Made by a program: the position numbers and the translations under genes. Positions 41,578 to 51,878 of a stretch of 64,000 nucleotides of DNA are shown piece by piece. The number at the start of each line of letters is the position of its first letter. Positions within the stretch are counted from its first letter, which is position 1. This DNA comes from an uncultured delta proteobacterium (GTDB lineage Bacteria; Desulfobacterota; Binatia; Binatales; Binataceae). The notes under the pieces were generated by a model. That model did not search any database. It worked only from the letters and a program-made list of their open reading frames with translations, and had not been told where the DNA came from. The stretch lies in NCBI GenBank assembly GCA_963710425.1, contig CAVQAR010000024.1:229042-293041 (forward strand). Reading direction: 5' to 3'.

Positions 41578-41616
41578 AAACGGGCGCGATCCATTTTGGA
41601 TCGCGCCCGTTTTTTT
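41578..41616. terminator. Bidirectional rho-independent terminator
   Basis: AAACGGGCGCGATCCA-TTT-TGGATCGCGCCCGTTTTTTT between convergent jag and DUF1329. Confidence 0.85.
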
Positions 41617-41632
41617 GCGACTGGATCTGCGC

Positions 41633-42949
41633 TTAGAACGAGGCGGCGCGGAACATCGCGTCGGTAGTAAAGAAGTTGCGATCGACTGCGCCCATGTTGA
41701 TGTACCAGCATTCGCGCTCAGGCGTTTCGAGGCCCGGCAGATAGCACATCGTCGCGAGGCCCGACTGTACGTCGGTCGAGACCGCGCCTACGACGAACGA
41801 TCGCTTGAACGGATAGATGGCGACCTTGGCGTCGGGCACCGGGCGGTCGCGAGTCGCCAGCCAGTAGATGTGCGAGCGGAAAAGGTGGCCGGCCTGGTCG
41901 TAGGTATCGATGTAGGGCTCGAACCACATTTCGCTGTCCATGTAGATGACGGTGCGCGAATCAAGCGCGTTGACGCGCGAGCGATCGGGCAGCGCCTGGA
42001 CGATGTACATGTGGCGCATCTCCCACGCTTCGGGGCATGCACTGGCGCCGCCGTCCGTGGGGCATCGGGCTTCAGGCGAATGCTCGGCGTGGATGGTCGC
42101 GAGCATGTTCTTCTCGCCGAGGAATTTGTAGGTGTACTGTTCGGTCTTGGGATTGAAGCCCGAGTAATGATCGGGATCCCACGCGTGCGCTGAAGTTCCG
42201 CCCGCGGTGGTTGACGAGCTCATGATGGACTCGTTGACGCGGCGGATGCGGCGAGAGCCGGCACTCAGACTCCAGATGTCGTCGCCGCGCTTCGGATCGG
42301 CATAGCGCCATCGGATGAATCCGGTTCCGCGGATTTCCTGCGGAGAGAGAATCGGGTAGAGGCCGAACAGCCAGTAACGGCCGGTGGTCTTGAAATCGGG
42401 ATCGGTCGGAATCGGCTCGACTTCGGTGCGTCCGACGAGGTCATAGCCGGCGTAGTGTCCGATTTGGAAATACTCGATCTGGCCGGTCTGCGGGCCCCTC
42501 TTCTGATACTCGGAATCGCAGTCGTAGAAACGGAGATCGTAGTCATCCGAGGTGATTGGGCGGAAGACGTTGTTCCAGATGACCTTGACGGCGACGTCGG
42601 GGTCGTTGGCGTCTATCAGCGGAAAGGGCTGACCGGCGACGAAGCCTACGATCGAGCGCCTGTCGCGCGAGAGAACGACCTGCGAGGAATATTTCTCGGT
42701 CGCATCCTTATAAGGAGGCGGCCAATCGACGCGCTGGGTGGGCACGATCTTCATCGTCATGCCGCGCTCGACCTTGTAGTAAACGCCGGGTCCTACGAGG
42801 TCTCTAACCTTGGGTGCATTCTCCGGCGTGATGAAATCGCCGGGCTTGACCTGCGCATAGCCTGGGGAGCTGAACGCGCCAATCGCGAGCAGCACCAAGG
42901 TAGCGACGGTCGTCGAGATATATGACGACAGAGTTTTCCGCCTTCGCAT
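41633..42949 (-). CDS. DUF1329-family exported protein
   Basis: Signal peptide, PGDFITPEN, GQPFP, DDIWSL...RRIRR, WEMR. Confidence 0.8.
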   Translation of the reverse strand: MRRRKTLSSYISTTVATLVLLAIGAFSSPGYAQVKPGDFITPENAPKVRDLVGPGVYYKVERGMTMKIVPTQRVDWPPPYKDATEKYSSQVVLSRDRRSIVGFVAGQPFPLIDANDPDVAVKVIWNNVFRPITSDDYDLRFYDCDSEYQKRGPQTGQIEYFQIGHYAGYDLVGRTEVEPIPTDPDFKTTGRYWLFGLYPILSPQEIRGTGFIRWRYADPKRGDDIWSLSAGSRRIRRVNESIMSSSTTAGGTSAHAWDPDHYSGFNPKTEQYTYKFLGEKNMLATIHAEHSPEARCPTDGGASACPEAWEMRHMYIVQALPDRSRVNALDSRTVIYMDSEMWFEPYIDTYDQAGHLFRSHIYWLATRDRPVPDAKVAIYPFKRSFVVGAVSTDVQSGLATMCYLPGLETPERECWYINMGAVDRNFFTTDAMFRAASF

Positions 42950-43534
42950 ACAATAGCCTCCCGAGCGGCACGTGGCCGCGGTCTTTTCCCTGATTCGACA
43001 TTAGAGCGGCTGAGTCAAAATCGTCAATGAGATTTGTCAGGCACTGCGATTTGGTAGCGATAGTGAATTAGTTTTATTAATGAACTGGCGCTGCGTTTAT
43101 CGATCCTGGTGGGGCCGAAAAGAACGACTACTTAATGCCTTTCAGTCACTTGAACGATCGTTTAAGTGTCGATACTAGCGGCTGATCCGTGAAAAGCGCT
43201 GAGCAGCGGCCGACTGTTTCGGCATTTCAGAAAAGCGGAGGCTGGAGCGCCCAGGTTTTTTGGTCGGCGACGCGTAAGAACATTAGTATTATTGTCCTCG
43301 TGAAACTTATGCGGCCTTCGATGCAGTTCCAAAGAGGAAGGTGTATCTCGCTGTAAGCAGCGTTAGCTCAAATCTGCATAAGCAAGACTGATTGCATTTC
43401 GTTGCGAATTTTACCTGTTTGCCGCGGATGGCTAACGAACGTTAGTTCCTCAGTCAGCGTCACAACCGGACACCTCGGAGTCAGCCTGCGACACGTCAGT
43501 GCCTACGCGGTGCGAATTGGTGGGGGAATCGGGA

Positions 43535-43550
43535 TGGCACGGGCGGTGCT
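43535..43550 (+). promoter_or_regulatory. Putative sigma54 (-24/-12) promoter of the Tad cassette
   Basis: TGGCACGGGCGGTGCT (GG-N10-GC), 24 bp before the ATG at 43575; GGAG at 43561. Confidence 0.7.
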
Positions 43551-43574
43551 CTGTTCCCTTGGAGCAGAATCGAA

Positions 43575-44864
43575 ATGCGCAGCAACTTTACGCCGGCCAA
43601 TCCCAAGGCACTTGATCGGGGTGGCGCAATTAAAATGTTTGCGGTGTCCGCGAGTCCGAGCGGGCAGGTGATGCTGCTGATCTGCGTCGCGGTGTTTGCG
43701 CTGATGGGGATGATCGCGGTGGTCGCCGACTTCAGCTTTTTGCAGCATCAAAGAAACATGATGCAGACTGCGGCGGATAGCGCGGCGATGGCGGGCGCGG
43801 AGGAGCTGAGTTACGGCGACCAGGTGGCGGCTGGCAAAGCGGACGCGGGCAGCAATGGATACACCGACGGCGCTAGTAGCGTCACAGTAGCGATCAATAA
43901 TCCACCGAGCACGGGACCGAATGCGGCGAATGCGGCCTATGTCGAGGCGACTATCAGCAAGCCCGAGCCGACCTATTTTCTGAGCGTGATTGGAATCAAC
44001 ACGATGACCGTGTCGGTGCGCGCGGTGGCGTACGAGGGCAACGGCCCCAACTGCATCTACGTGATGGATCCGACGGCGTCGAGCGCGTTGTCGGGCAGCG
44101 GCAGCTCGAGCGTGTCGAGCGGATGCGGCGTGATGGTCGATTCGAACTCTTCGAGTGCGTTGACGCTCAGCGGCAGCGCCACAATCACGGCGCCGGCGAT
44201 CGGCGTGGTCGGCGGCTACACGTCGGGCGGGAGCGCGAGCTTTACGCCGACGCCGAAGACCGGGGTGATAGCGGCGTCCGATCCGCTGGCCTACGTGCAG
44301 GCGCCGACGGTCGGATCATGCGCCCATACTAATTTTTCGGTGAACAACAATGGATCCAGCACCACTTACTACCAGCTTTATCCTGGGACCTATTGCGGCG
44401 GGATCAAGATCAGCAATGGCTACACGAATTTCAATGCCGGGACTTATGTGCTGGCCGGTGGCGGGCTCACGACCAATGGCGGCCCGACGATGACGGGGAC
44501 GGGGATTACCTTTTACAACACCACTGGAACCGGCGGTTACAAGGCGATCAACCTGACCGGAGGGTCGACCGCGAATTTCAGCGCGCCGACCTCGGGGCCG
44601 CTGACGGGAATCCTGTTTTTTCAGGATCGCTCGATACCCAGTAGCGCAGATGGCAGCACGGTGAGCGGGAATTCGAGTTCGACCTTCGACGGCGCGCTGT
44701 ACTTCCCGACGACAACGCTCACCTACAGCGGCAGCAGCAGCCTCAACGGCTACAACATCGTGGTCGCAGACATGATTTCGCTCAGCGGCAACTCGACCAT
44801 CGGCAGCAACTACAGCTCGTTAACCGGCGGCTCGCCGATAAGAGGAACCATACTGTCCGAATGA
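43575..44864 (+). CDS. TadG-like pseudopilin/adhesin 1
   Basis: SG|QVMLLI prepilin-like site, D...QTAADSAAMAG Tad motif, Ser/Thr/Gly-rich beta domain, GILFFQDR. Confidence 0.85.
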   Translation: MRSNFTPANPKALDRGGAIKMFAVSASPSGQVMLLICVAVFALMGMIAVVADFSFLQHQRNMMQTAADSAAMAGAEELSYGDQVAAGKADAGSNGYTDGASSVTVAINNPPSTGPNAANAAYVEATISKPEPTYFLSVIGINTMTVSVRAVAYEGNGPNCIYVMDPTASSALSGSGSSSVSSGCGVMVDSNSSSALTLSGSATITAPAIGVVGGYTSGGSASFTPTPKTGVIAASDPLAYVQAPTVGSCAHTNFSVNNNGSSTTYYQLYPGTYCGGIKISNGYTNFNAGTYVLAGGGLTTNGGPTMTGTGITFYNTTGTGGYKAINLTGGSTANFSAPTSGPLTGILFFQDRSIPSSADGSTVSGNSSSTFDGALYFPTTTLTYSGSSSLNGYNIVVADMISLSGNSTIGSNYSSLTGGSPIRGTILSE

Positions 44865-46111
44865 ACACAAACAACAAGATGGCGGTAGCGGCGAGCGCGC
44901 GGGGACAGGCAATGGTGCTGATCTGCGTCTCGCTGATCGCGCTGATGGGGATGATTGCGGTCGTCACCGACTTCAGCTTCATGCAGCATCAAAGGAACAT
45001 GATGCAGACCGCGGCGGACAGCGCGGCGATGGCGGGTTCAGAGGAATTGGCATACGGCGACCAGGTGGCGGCGGGCAAGGCGGACGCGGCGACCAACGGA
45101 TACACCGACGGCGCCAGCAGCGTCACGGTGGCGATTAATAATCCGCCCAGTACCGGACCGAACGCCGGGAACTCCGCCTACGTCGAGGCGACCGTCAGCA
45201 AACCCGAGCCGACTTATTTTCTGCGCGTGCTCGGGGTCAGCACGATGACGGTGTCGGCGCGCGCGGTGGCATATGAGGGCAACGGTCCCAACTGCATTTA
45301 CGTGTTGAATCCGTCGGCGTCGGGCGCGTTCTCGGCCAACGGCAATGTCACGGTAAACAGTGGCTGCGGGTTGCTGGTGGACTCGAGTTCCTCGACTGGT
45401 TTGTCGGTCGTGGGCAACGTGTCGATCACTGCGCCGACTATCGGTGTGGTTGGAGGATACAGCGCCGGCGGCAGCACGAGCCTAACGCCGACGCCGAAGA
45501 CCGGGGTGATAGCGGCGTCCGATCCACTGGCATACGTGCCTGCGCCGACGGTCGGTTCATGCGCGCATACCAATTTTTCGCTGAGCGGAAACAACGGTAG
45601 CAGCAGCAGTCCCTACCAGCTTTACGCCGGCACCTATTGTGGCGGCATTACAATCCACGGAAATGCCGTACTTAATTTCAACGCGGGAACTTACGTGTTG
45701 GCCGGCGGTGGGATGAGCATAAGCTCCAACACCACAATGACCGGCACAGGGATAACCTTCTACAACACGACGGGGACCGGAGGTTACGGGGCAATTTCGT
45801 TCGACGGTAATGCCCAAGCAAATATAAGCGCGCCAACTTCGGGGCCGCTGGTGGGAATCCTGTTTTTTCAGGATCGCTCGATCCCTGGGACTGCGGCAGG
45901 CAGCACGATCACCGGCGATTCGAGTTCGACCTTCGATGGGGCAATCTACTTCACATCGACATCGCTTAGCTTCGGCGGGAACAGCAGCACCAACGGCTAC
46001 AGCATCGTGGTGGCGAATCAGCTGTCGCTCAGCGGCAACGCGTCGATCGGCAGCAACTATTCGTCGCTGACCGGCGGCTCACCGATTAAAGGGACGATAT
46101 TGGCCGAGTGA
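44861..46111 (+). CDS. TadG-like pseudopilin/adhesin 2
   Basis: RG|QAMVLI; collinear paralog. Confidence 0.85.
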   Translation: MNTNNKMAVAASARGQAMVLICVSLIALMGMIAVVTDFSFMQHQRNMMQTAADSAAMAGSEELAYGDQVAAGKADAATNGYTDGASSVTVAINNPPSTGPNAGNSAYVEATVSKPEPTYFLRVLGVSTMTVSARAVAYEGNGPNCIYVLNPSASGAFSANGNVTVNSGCGLLVDSSSSTGLSVVGNVSITAPTIGVVGGYSAGGSTSLTPTPKTGVIAASDPLAYVPAPTVGSCAHTNFSLSGNNGSSSSPYQLYAGTYCGGITIHGNAVLNFNAGTYVLAGGGMSISSNTTMTGTGITFYNTTGTGGYGAISFDGNAQANISAPTSGPLVGILFFQDRSIPGTAAGSTITGDSSSTFDGAIYFTSTSLSFGGNSSTNGYSIVVANQLSLSGNASIGSNYSSLTGGSPIKGTILAE

Positions 46112-47391
46112 GTGCGACTATGATTACAAAACCCATTCGAACGTTACGCGCCCGTTGGACGCTGCTACACTGGCGCCGGCGTGGACAAGTGATCGTGCTG
46201 GTTTGCATCTCCCTGGTGGCGATGATGGGCATGATCGGCGTCGTCACCGATTTCAGCTTCATGCAACATCAAAAGAACATGATGCAGACGGCGGCGGACA
46301 GCGCGGCGATGGCCGGCTCCGAGGAACTGGCTTATGGCGATCAGGTGGCGGCGGGCAAAGCCGACGCGGCGATAAACGGATACACCGACGGCGCAAATAG
46401 TGTCAGCGTGACAATCAACAATCCTCCGAGCACGGGACCGAACGCGGCGAACTCGGCGTATGTCGAGGCGATCGTCAGCAAGCCCGAGCCTACATATTTT
46501 ATGCGCGCGCTCGGGGTCGGCACGCTGACCGTGTCGGCGCGCGCGGTGGCGTACGAGGGCAGCGGTCCCAACTGCATCTATGTGTTAAATCCGTCAGCCC
46601 CGGGGGCGTTCTCTGCCAACGGCAATGTTGACGTCAGCAGCGGCTGCGGCCTGCTGGTGGACTCGAGCTCCTCGAGTGGTTTGTCGGTGGTCGGCAACGT
46701 CTCGATCACTGCGCCGAGTATCGGGGTGGTGGGAGGATACAGCGCCGGCGGCAGCACGAGCCTCACGCCGACGCCGAAGGTTGGGGTGGTTCCGGCGTCC
46801 GATCCGCTGTCCGCCGTGCAGGCGCCGACGGTCGGTTCATGCGCTCATACCAACTTTTCGCTGGCTGGGAACACCGGCAGCAGCGGCAGTCCTTACCAGC
46901 TCTACCCCGGGACCTATTGCGGCGGTATCACGGTGCGCGGTAACGCCACGCTGTTTTTCAACGCGGGAACTTACGTGCTCGCCGGCGGTGGAATGAGCAT
47001 CAGCTCCAACACTGTAATGACCGGCACTGGAGTGACCTTTTACAACACGACCGGCACCGGTGGTTACGGGGCAATTTCGTTCAGCGGCAACAGCACAATA
47101 AATTTAGCTGCGCCGACCTCGGGGCCGCTGACCGGAATCCTGTTCTTTCAGGATCGCTCGATCCCGAGCAGCGACGCGGCCAGCACCATCACCGGAAATT
47201 CGACCTCGACTTTCGACGGCGCGATCTACTTCCCGACGACTAACCTCAGCTTCGGCGGGAACAGCAGCGCCACCGGCTACAGTATCGTGGTCGCGAACCA
47301 GCTATCGCTCAGTGGCAACTCCTCGCTCGGCGCCAACTACACCTCGTTGGCCGGCGGCTCGCCAATCAAAGGAACGATACTGGCAGAATGA
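46108..47391 (+). CDS. TadG-like pseudopilin/adhesin 3
   Basis: RG|QVIVLV; collinear paralog. Confidence 0.85.
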   Translation: MSATMITKPIRTLRARWTLLHWRRRGQVIVLVCISLVAMMGMIGVVTDFSFMQHQKNMMQTAADSAAMAGSEELAYGDQVAAGKADAAINGYTDGANSVSVTINNPPSTGPNAANSAYVEAIVSKPEPTYFMRALGVGTLTVSARAVAYEGSGPNCIYVLNPSAPGAFSANGNVDVSSGCGLLVDSSSSSGLSVVGNVSITAPSIGVVGGYSAGGSTSLTPTPKVGVVPASDPLSAVQAPTVGSCAHTNFSLAGNTGSSGSPYQLYPGTYCGGITVRGNATLFFNAGTYVLAGGGMSISSNTVMTGTGVTFYNTTGTGGYGAISFSGNSTINLAAPTSGPLTGILFFQDRSIPSSDAASTITGNSTSTFDGAIYFPTTNLSFGGNSSATGYSIVVANQLSLSGNSSLGANYTSLAGGSPIKGTILAE

Positions 47392-47858
47392 ATTCGAAGC
47401 GCACATCGAGTTGGACGCGTAGGCATAGCAGGCGCATGCGATGGGGGCAGGCGTCGGTTGAGCTCGCGCTCAGTCTGCCGCTGTTGCTGATGATGTTCCT
47501 GGTGGTGGTGGAAACCGGACGCGCGTTCTACATCGCGATTTCGGTTGCGAACGCGGCGCGGGCCGGCGTCCAGTACGGCTCGCAGAATCTTTCGACGGCG
47601 GCCGATAACGCCGGGATGCAGGCGGCGGCGACCAACGACGCGCCTAACTTAAGCGGTATGATCGCGGTCGCGTCTCATTTCTGCAAATGCTCGGACGGGT
47701 CCGCGTCAACCTGCCTCGCGACCGACTGCTCGGGGAGCCATCGGTTGCTGTACACGCAGGTCAATACCAGTGCGTCGTATTCGCCGCTGATCAACTTTAT
47801 GGGAATCCTGCCGGCGATTACGGTGCCTGGCAAAGCTGTCATGCGGGTGGTGCAATGA
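47388..47858 (+). CDS. TadE-family pseudopilin
   Basis: G|QASVELALSLP, AARAGVQYG. Confidence 0.88.
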   Translation: MNSKRTSSWTRRHSRRMRWGQASVELALSLPLLLMMFLVVVETGRAFYIAISVANAARAGVQYGSQNLSTAADNAGMQAAATNDAPNLSGMIAVASHFCKCSDGSASTCLATDCSGSHRLLYTQVNTSASYSPLINFMGILPAITVPGKAVMRVVQ

Positions 47859-48301
47859 AACGCGGCGGCGTCAAGCGGTGGCGGCGACGATTGCGCGCCG
47901 CGCTGGGGCGGTCGCATCCGGCACAGGCGATGGCTGAGTTCGCGCTGGTGATCACGCCGTGCCTGGCGCTGTTCTTCGGGATAATCAACTTCGCGCTGGC
48001 GCTCTATTGCTACGACTTCGTCTGTTACAGCGCGCAGCAGGCAGTTCGCTACGCGACGGTGCACGGCTCGACCGCGACGACTATCGTGTCTTCGACCGAT
48101 GTTACGAATTACGTGCACACTCTTGTCGTCGGCGTGCTGAACACGAGTTCGATGACCGTCACGACGACCTGGACTCCCAACAACAAGCCCGGCGGCATAG
48201 TTACCGTGAACGTCAGCTACAATTTCCCGCCGCTGACGAACCTGGTTTCGTCGGTGACAATCCCGCTCACGCGCACCGCCGCGATGGTGATTACGCAGTA
48301 A
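47855..48301 (+). CDS. TadE-family pseudopilin
   Basis: A|QAMAEFALV, AVRYATVHG; ATGA overlap with the upstream gene. Confidence 0.88.
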   Translation: MKRGGVKRWRRRLRAALGRSHPAQAMAEFALVITPCLALFFGIINFALALYCYDFVCYSAQQAVRYATVHGSTATTIVSSTDVTNYVHTLVVGVLNTSSMTVTTTWTPNNKPGGIVTVNVSYNFPPLTNLVSSVTIPLTRTAAMVITQ

Positions 48302-48345
48302 CCTCTCCCCTAACCCCTCTCCCTTCTGGAGAGGGGAATAAGAGT

Positions 48346-49483
48346 TTAGTGCTTCATTTGATGCGCTGGCTCAACTACTTCGAAGTTCTGAGGTTGCGGA
48401 GGCTGAAATCTGGCGGATAGCGAATGTCCGACGCGGACCAGTGGGCGTTCGAGCAGGTAGTAGCTGGTGGCGGCGCATGCGAACACCGCCAGAATATTCA
48501 GCGGGAATTCCTGCAGCACGCCGAGCGGAAGTGGACGACGAATGGTTCCGAGAAAGAGTTGCTGCCAAATGTAGAGGCTGTAGGAAATCCTTCCTATCCA
48601 GCGCATCGCAGAAGTTTCGAGAATCCGGCTGAGCAATAAACCGGGATTGAGAACCGTGCCGATCAGGATAATGGGCACCAGGAAACCCTCGACGCCCGTT
48701 TGCAACGGAGGATTCAGCGCGAGCAATGCGATCAACGCCGTCAGCAGAACTCCTATGACGAGGCCCGATCGAGGTTTCGTATAAGCCGCGCGGAAAGCCG
48801 GATCGCGAGCAATCAGCGCGACCCAGCATCCCCACAATAAAGCGTCGAAGCGCGTGTCCGTCCTCTCATAGATGAGGTTGGATAGGACGCCCGGCCATAT
48901 TTGTCCGTGGAAATAAACGTAGTCCACCACTCGCCAGAGCGCGACGGCGATCGCCAGCCACGGCGTGAAGCGGCGCGCGCGACTGGCGCCGAGTGCTATC
49001 AGCGCAGCCGGCCAGATGAGGTAGAAGTGTTCTTCGACGGCGAGCGACCAGAAGTGTCCGGTGTACCATCCGGCGTTCGGCGGAATCAGGATGTAGTTGC
49101 GGGAGAAGAACAGGCTGGCAGAGCCATTCTCGCGGAGTCACAACGATAACGCCGACTATCGCGAGCAGGGCGATGGTCGCGAGGTACGCAAATGCAGGTG
49201 GAATAATCCTGAACACGCGCCGGGTGTAAAAGCTGCGAAGACTTATCCCACCGGTTCTGTCGTTCTCGTCGAGCAAGCGGCCGCAGATCAGTAACCCGCT
49301 GATACCGAAAAACAGGTCAACCCCGAACACGCCGTGCTGGCTGATTCCGAACCAGGTCGGATTGGGAAATCGACCACCCGGCTCGAACAACGCGCCGCCG
49401 CAATGCTCGAACATGACGAGCAGGATGGCGATCGCGCGCCATCCGTCGAGGGTCGGACGGTAATCTTTGGAAGGAGTGCTCAC
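48346..49483 (-). CDS. Acyltransferase-3 (OafA-like) membrane O-acyltransferase; frameshift near 49115
   Basis: LDGWRAIAI, GVDLFFGISG, FY.RRVFRI, HFWSLAVEEHFY, GRISYSLYIWQ, SYYLLERP. Confidence 0.88.
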
Positions 49484-51657
49484 GTCGCGTCCCGCGGCCG
49501 CGATGGGGACGCTTCAATTTTAGCGGCGGCATGTGATAATTGCGCGCGATCGAAGACCATCACGAGAAGCGCCGAGCCGTCTTTCTCCGAAGTTCCAGAG
49601 AACTGATCGGGGTAGGGAAAATAGATCTCGCTCGCCACGCCGCGGTACTTGTCGATCAGCGGTTTGATCGCGGCATAGGAACCTTCCAACCCGATGCTGG
49701 CTTGACCGTCGCGCCATGGACCTAGCCAGAGTCCCTTGTCGCGTCGAAGCTCTGAACCCTGGCTCCAATAATATGGCGGCAGCGGCGGACCTATGAGCCA
49801 TCCGGTGGGAATTAGCCCCAGTCTATCGGCGACATGCGGAGTTAGACCGTTCAGAGAGCCGGTGCTTTGGAGATACTTGTTGGCGGCGACGATAAGAGCG
49901 TCGAAGCGAGTCGAATCGGCCTGGCGCTCCAAATCAAGCGGAGTCTGACCTCTATAAGCGGCAAGGTTGAGCGGCGGGATTTTGTAAAGGGTCACGCCGC
50001 CGACATCGACCGGGGTAACTCCCAAAGTGGAGAGCAGAGGCCGCCACGCATTCTCTTCATTGTCGCTGACGATGACCGCGCTCACGTCATGATTCGCGAG
50101 GAATGCCTTCAACTGATTTTCTGCGTCAGGAAGATAAACTCCGGCGTACATCGCATCGACGATCGGCCAACTTTCGAAATCGGGAGGCATGACGCCCGTA
50201 TAACCGCCCGCCATCCGAAAATAAATATCGGTTTGGGCCTGCCAGAGCAGGCTGTTGCCTCTGAGCCCGTAGGGCAGGATGACGACAGTCTCGTCGGGAG
50301 CGAGGTAGTTTTTGTAGAGCCCGTCCAAAAAGAAGGGCGGCGTATCAATGGGCGCGCTCCAGGAGGTCGCGGAGAGATTCGGCATCAGGAACAAGGCGGC
50401 GAGAACTGCAATTGCGTACTTCGAAACTGTTTTTGCGGAGCTGGTGGCTAGCCAGATCGAAGTTAGTATTGCGAGATCCAGAAAAGCGTAGAGCATGAAG
50501 CGCGCCGGCAAGGCGTTTTCGAGGATCGGCAGCCGAGCGAGCAACTTTCCGGGTAGGCCAATGGAAGGCTTACCGGCCACGTGTAGGAGAGGACCTAGCG
50601 ATAGGACGCAGATGATCACCAGGGAATCGATCAGCAACTTGCCCAGCGGTTCGCGCCAGTGATAGCGGGCGAAGATGATCGCGATCAGTACGAGTGGAAA
50701 ACCGAGATATCCCGCGGCCTCGTAAATGTTGCCGGCGAAATTGTTGGAGATCGATTCGAAGGCGCCGATATGACCGAGGACGTTCAGATTGGTGGGAACT
50801 ACGAAGTTGAGCAGATCGCCGGAGAACGTCGCGAGCGACCACATCGGGCCGTGGGGAAAGCCGAAGGCGAAGAGGTAGTAAAGATAGGGACTCAGCAACG
50901 CGACTGCTATCGCATAACTTGCCAGGATCGGACCTATCAGCCGCAAGACACGGCTTCTCACGTCACCTGAGGTGAATGATATTGCGAGCGCGAGCGCCAT
51001 CGCGCCGAACATCGTCATCGTCGCGACGATTTCGATCGTGAGCAGGAACTGCATCGCCAGCACCAGTGCCAGCAGCGTCACGAAAGTCGCATTCCTTATG
51101 TCTGCATCAAGCTTGCGCGCGACCAGATAGACGGCGAGCGGAACCGGGAATACCAGGAGGTGGGGCAAGTTGCCGTACATCTGGCCGAGCATGTAAGAGG
51201 AGAAGCCGAAGATGTAGCCGCCAAGGAGCGAAGGCCAAAAACTCCTCGTCAGGTAGCGGCAGAGGATAAACGCCGTCCAACTCGCCAGTGCCGGAGCGAG
51301 CAGGCATAGAAGATTGTAGCTCGCGACGGGTCCGAAGGCGCGGGTGAGTGGCAGCGCAACCCACGCAGCCAGTGGAATACAGGTTGCCCAGGCGAGGTTG
51401 AAACCGGACGGCGCCCAGATCGCATGCGTCATGAATACGTTCAAGCGGTGCGCGATAGCGTGCGACCACCACACCAGCATCCAGATCATGACCGACGGGT
51501 CCGGACCGGTACCTAGATGGGCGCTCGAAAGATGACCGGCGAGCGCGCGGCCGAAGAAAAATAGCGACAGTGCGAAATAGATCAGCAGGCTGGCAAGACT
51601 GTAACGATCGAGCGGCGATGGCGTGGAGCGGGATTCATGCATCGCTCCAGCAGTCAC
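49480..51657 (-). CDS. Large polytopic membrane protein, probable GT-C glycosyltransferase-like
   Basis: TM1 then GPDP..IW loop, about 12 TM helices, PARF motif, soluble C-terminal domain; overlaps the acyltransferase start. Confidence 0.6.
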   Translation of the reverse strand: MTAGAMHESRSTPSPLDRYSLASLLIYFALSLFFFGRALAGHLSSAHLGTGPDPSVMIWMLVWWSHAIAHRLNVFMTHAIWAPSGFNLAWATCIPLAAWVALPLTRAFGPVASYNLLCLLAPALASWTAFILCRYLTRSFWPSLLGGYIFGFSSYMLGQMYGNLPHLLVFPVPLAVYLVARKLDADIRNATFVTLLALVLAMQFLLTIEIVATMTMFGAMALALAISFTSGDVRSRVLRLIGPILASYAIAVALLSPYLYYLFAFGFPHGPMWSLATFSGDLLNFVVPTNLNVLGHIGAFESISNNFAGNIYEAAGYLGFPLVLIAIIFARYHWREPLGKLLIDSLVIICVLSLGPLLHVAGKPSIGLPGKLLARLPILENALPARFMLYAFLDLAILTSIWLATSSAKTVSKYAIAVLAALFLMPNLSATSWSAPIDTPPFFLDGLYKNYLAPDETVVILPYGLRGNSLLWQAQTDIYFRMAGGYTGVMPPDFESWPIVDAMYAGVYLPDAENQLKAFLANHDVSAVIVSDNEENAWRPLLSTLGVTPVDVGGVTLYKIPPLNLAAYRGQTPLDLERQADSTRFDALIVAANKYLQSTGSLNGLTPHVADRLGLIPTGWLIGPPLPPYYWSQGSELRRDKGLWLGPWRDGQASIGLEGSYAAIKPLIDKYRGVASEIYFPYPDQFSGTSEKDGSALLVMVFDRAQLSHAAAKIEASPSRPRDAT

Positions 51658-51878
51658 CGGCAGTCTTCAGAATTGCGCCGCGTGCTTGCGGGTTGGTGTT
51701 ATCGATGTGCGGACGAACATAACCGCCTGAAGAGGCTGATTGGGCTTTATACTTGGGCCAGTGCAGCCGAGCAAGTACCGACTTGTTGAATGAGCGGTTT
51801 GTCTCAGAAATGCGGCGGGATTAGCATCGACGATCTGCGAACGTTCTTCGACCTGCCGGAAATTCAAGGAGGGTCATC

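Noticed and set aside
42968-43000. Second ECF42 promoter (TGTCGA) upstream of DUF1329
   Set aside because: No CGA/TC element at a suitable spacing.
43575-47391. Diversity-generating retroelement template/variable repeats
   Set aside because: No reverse transcriptase in the window, the differences are not adenine-specific, and all copies are full ORFs.
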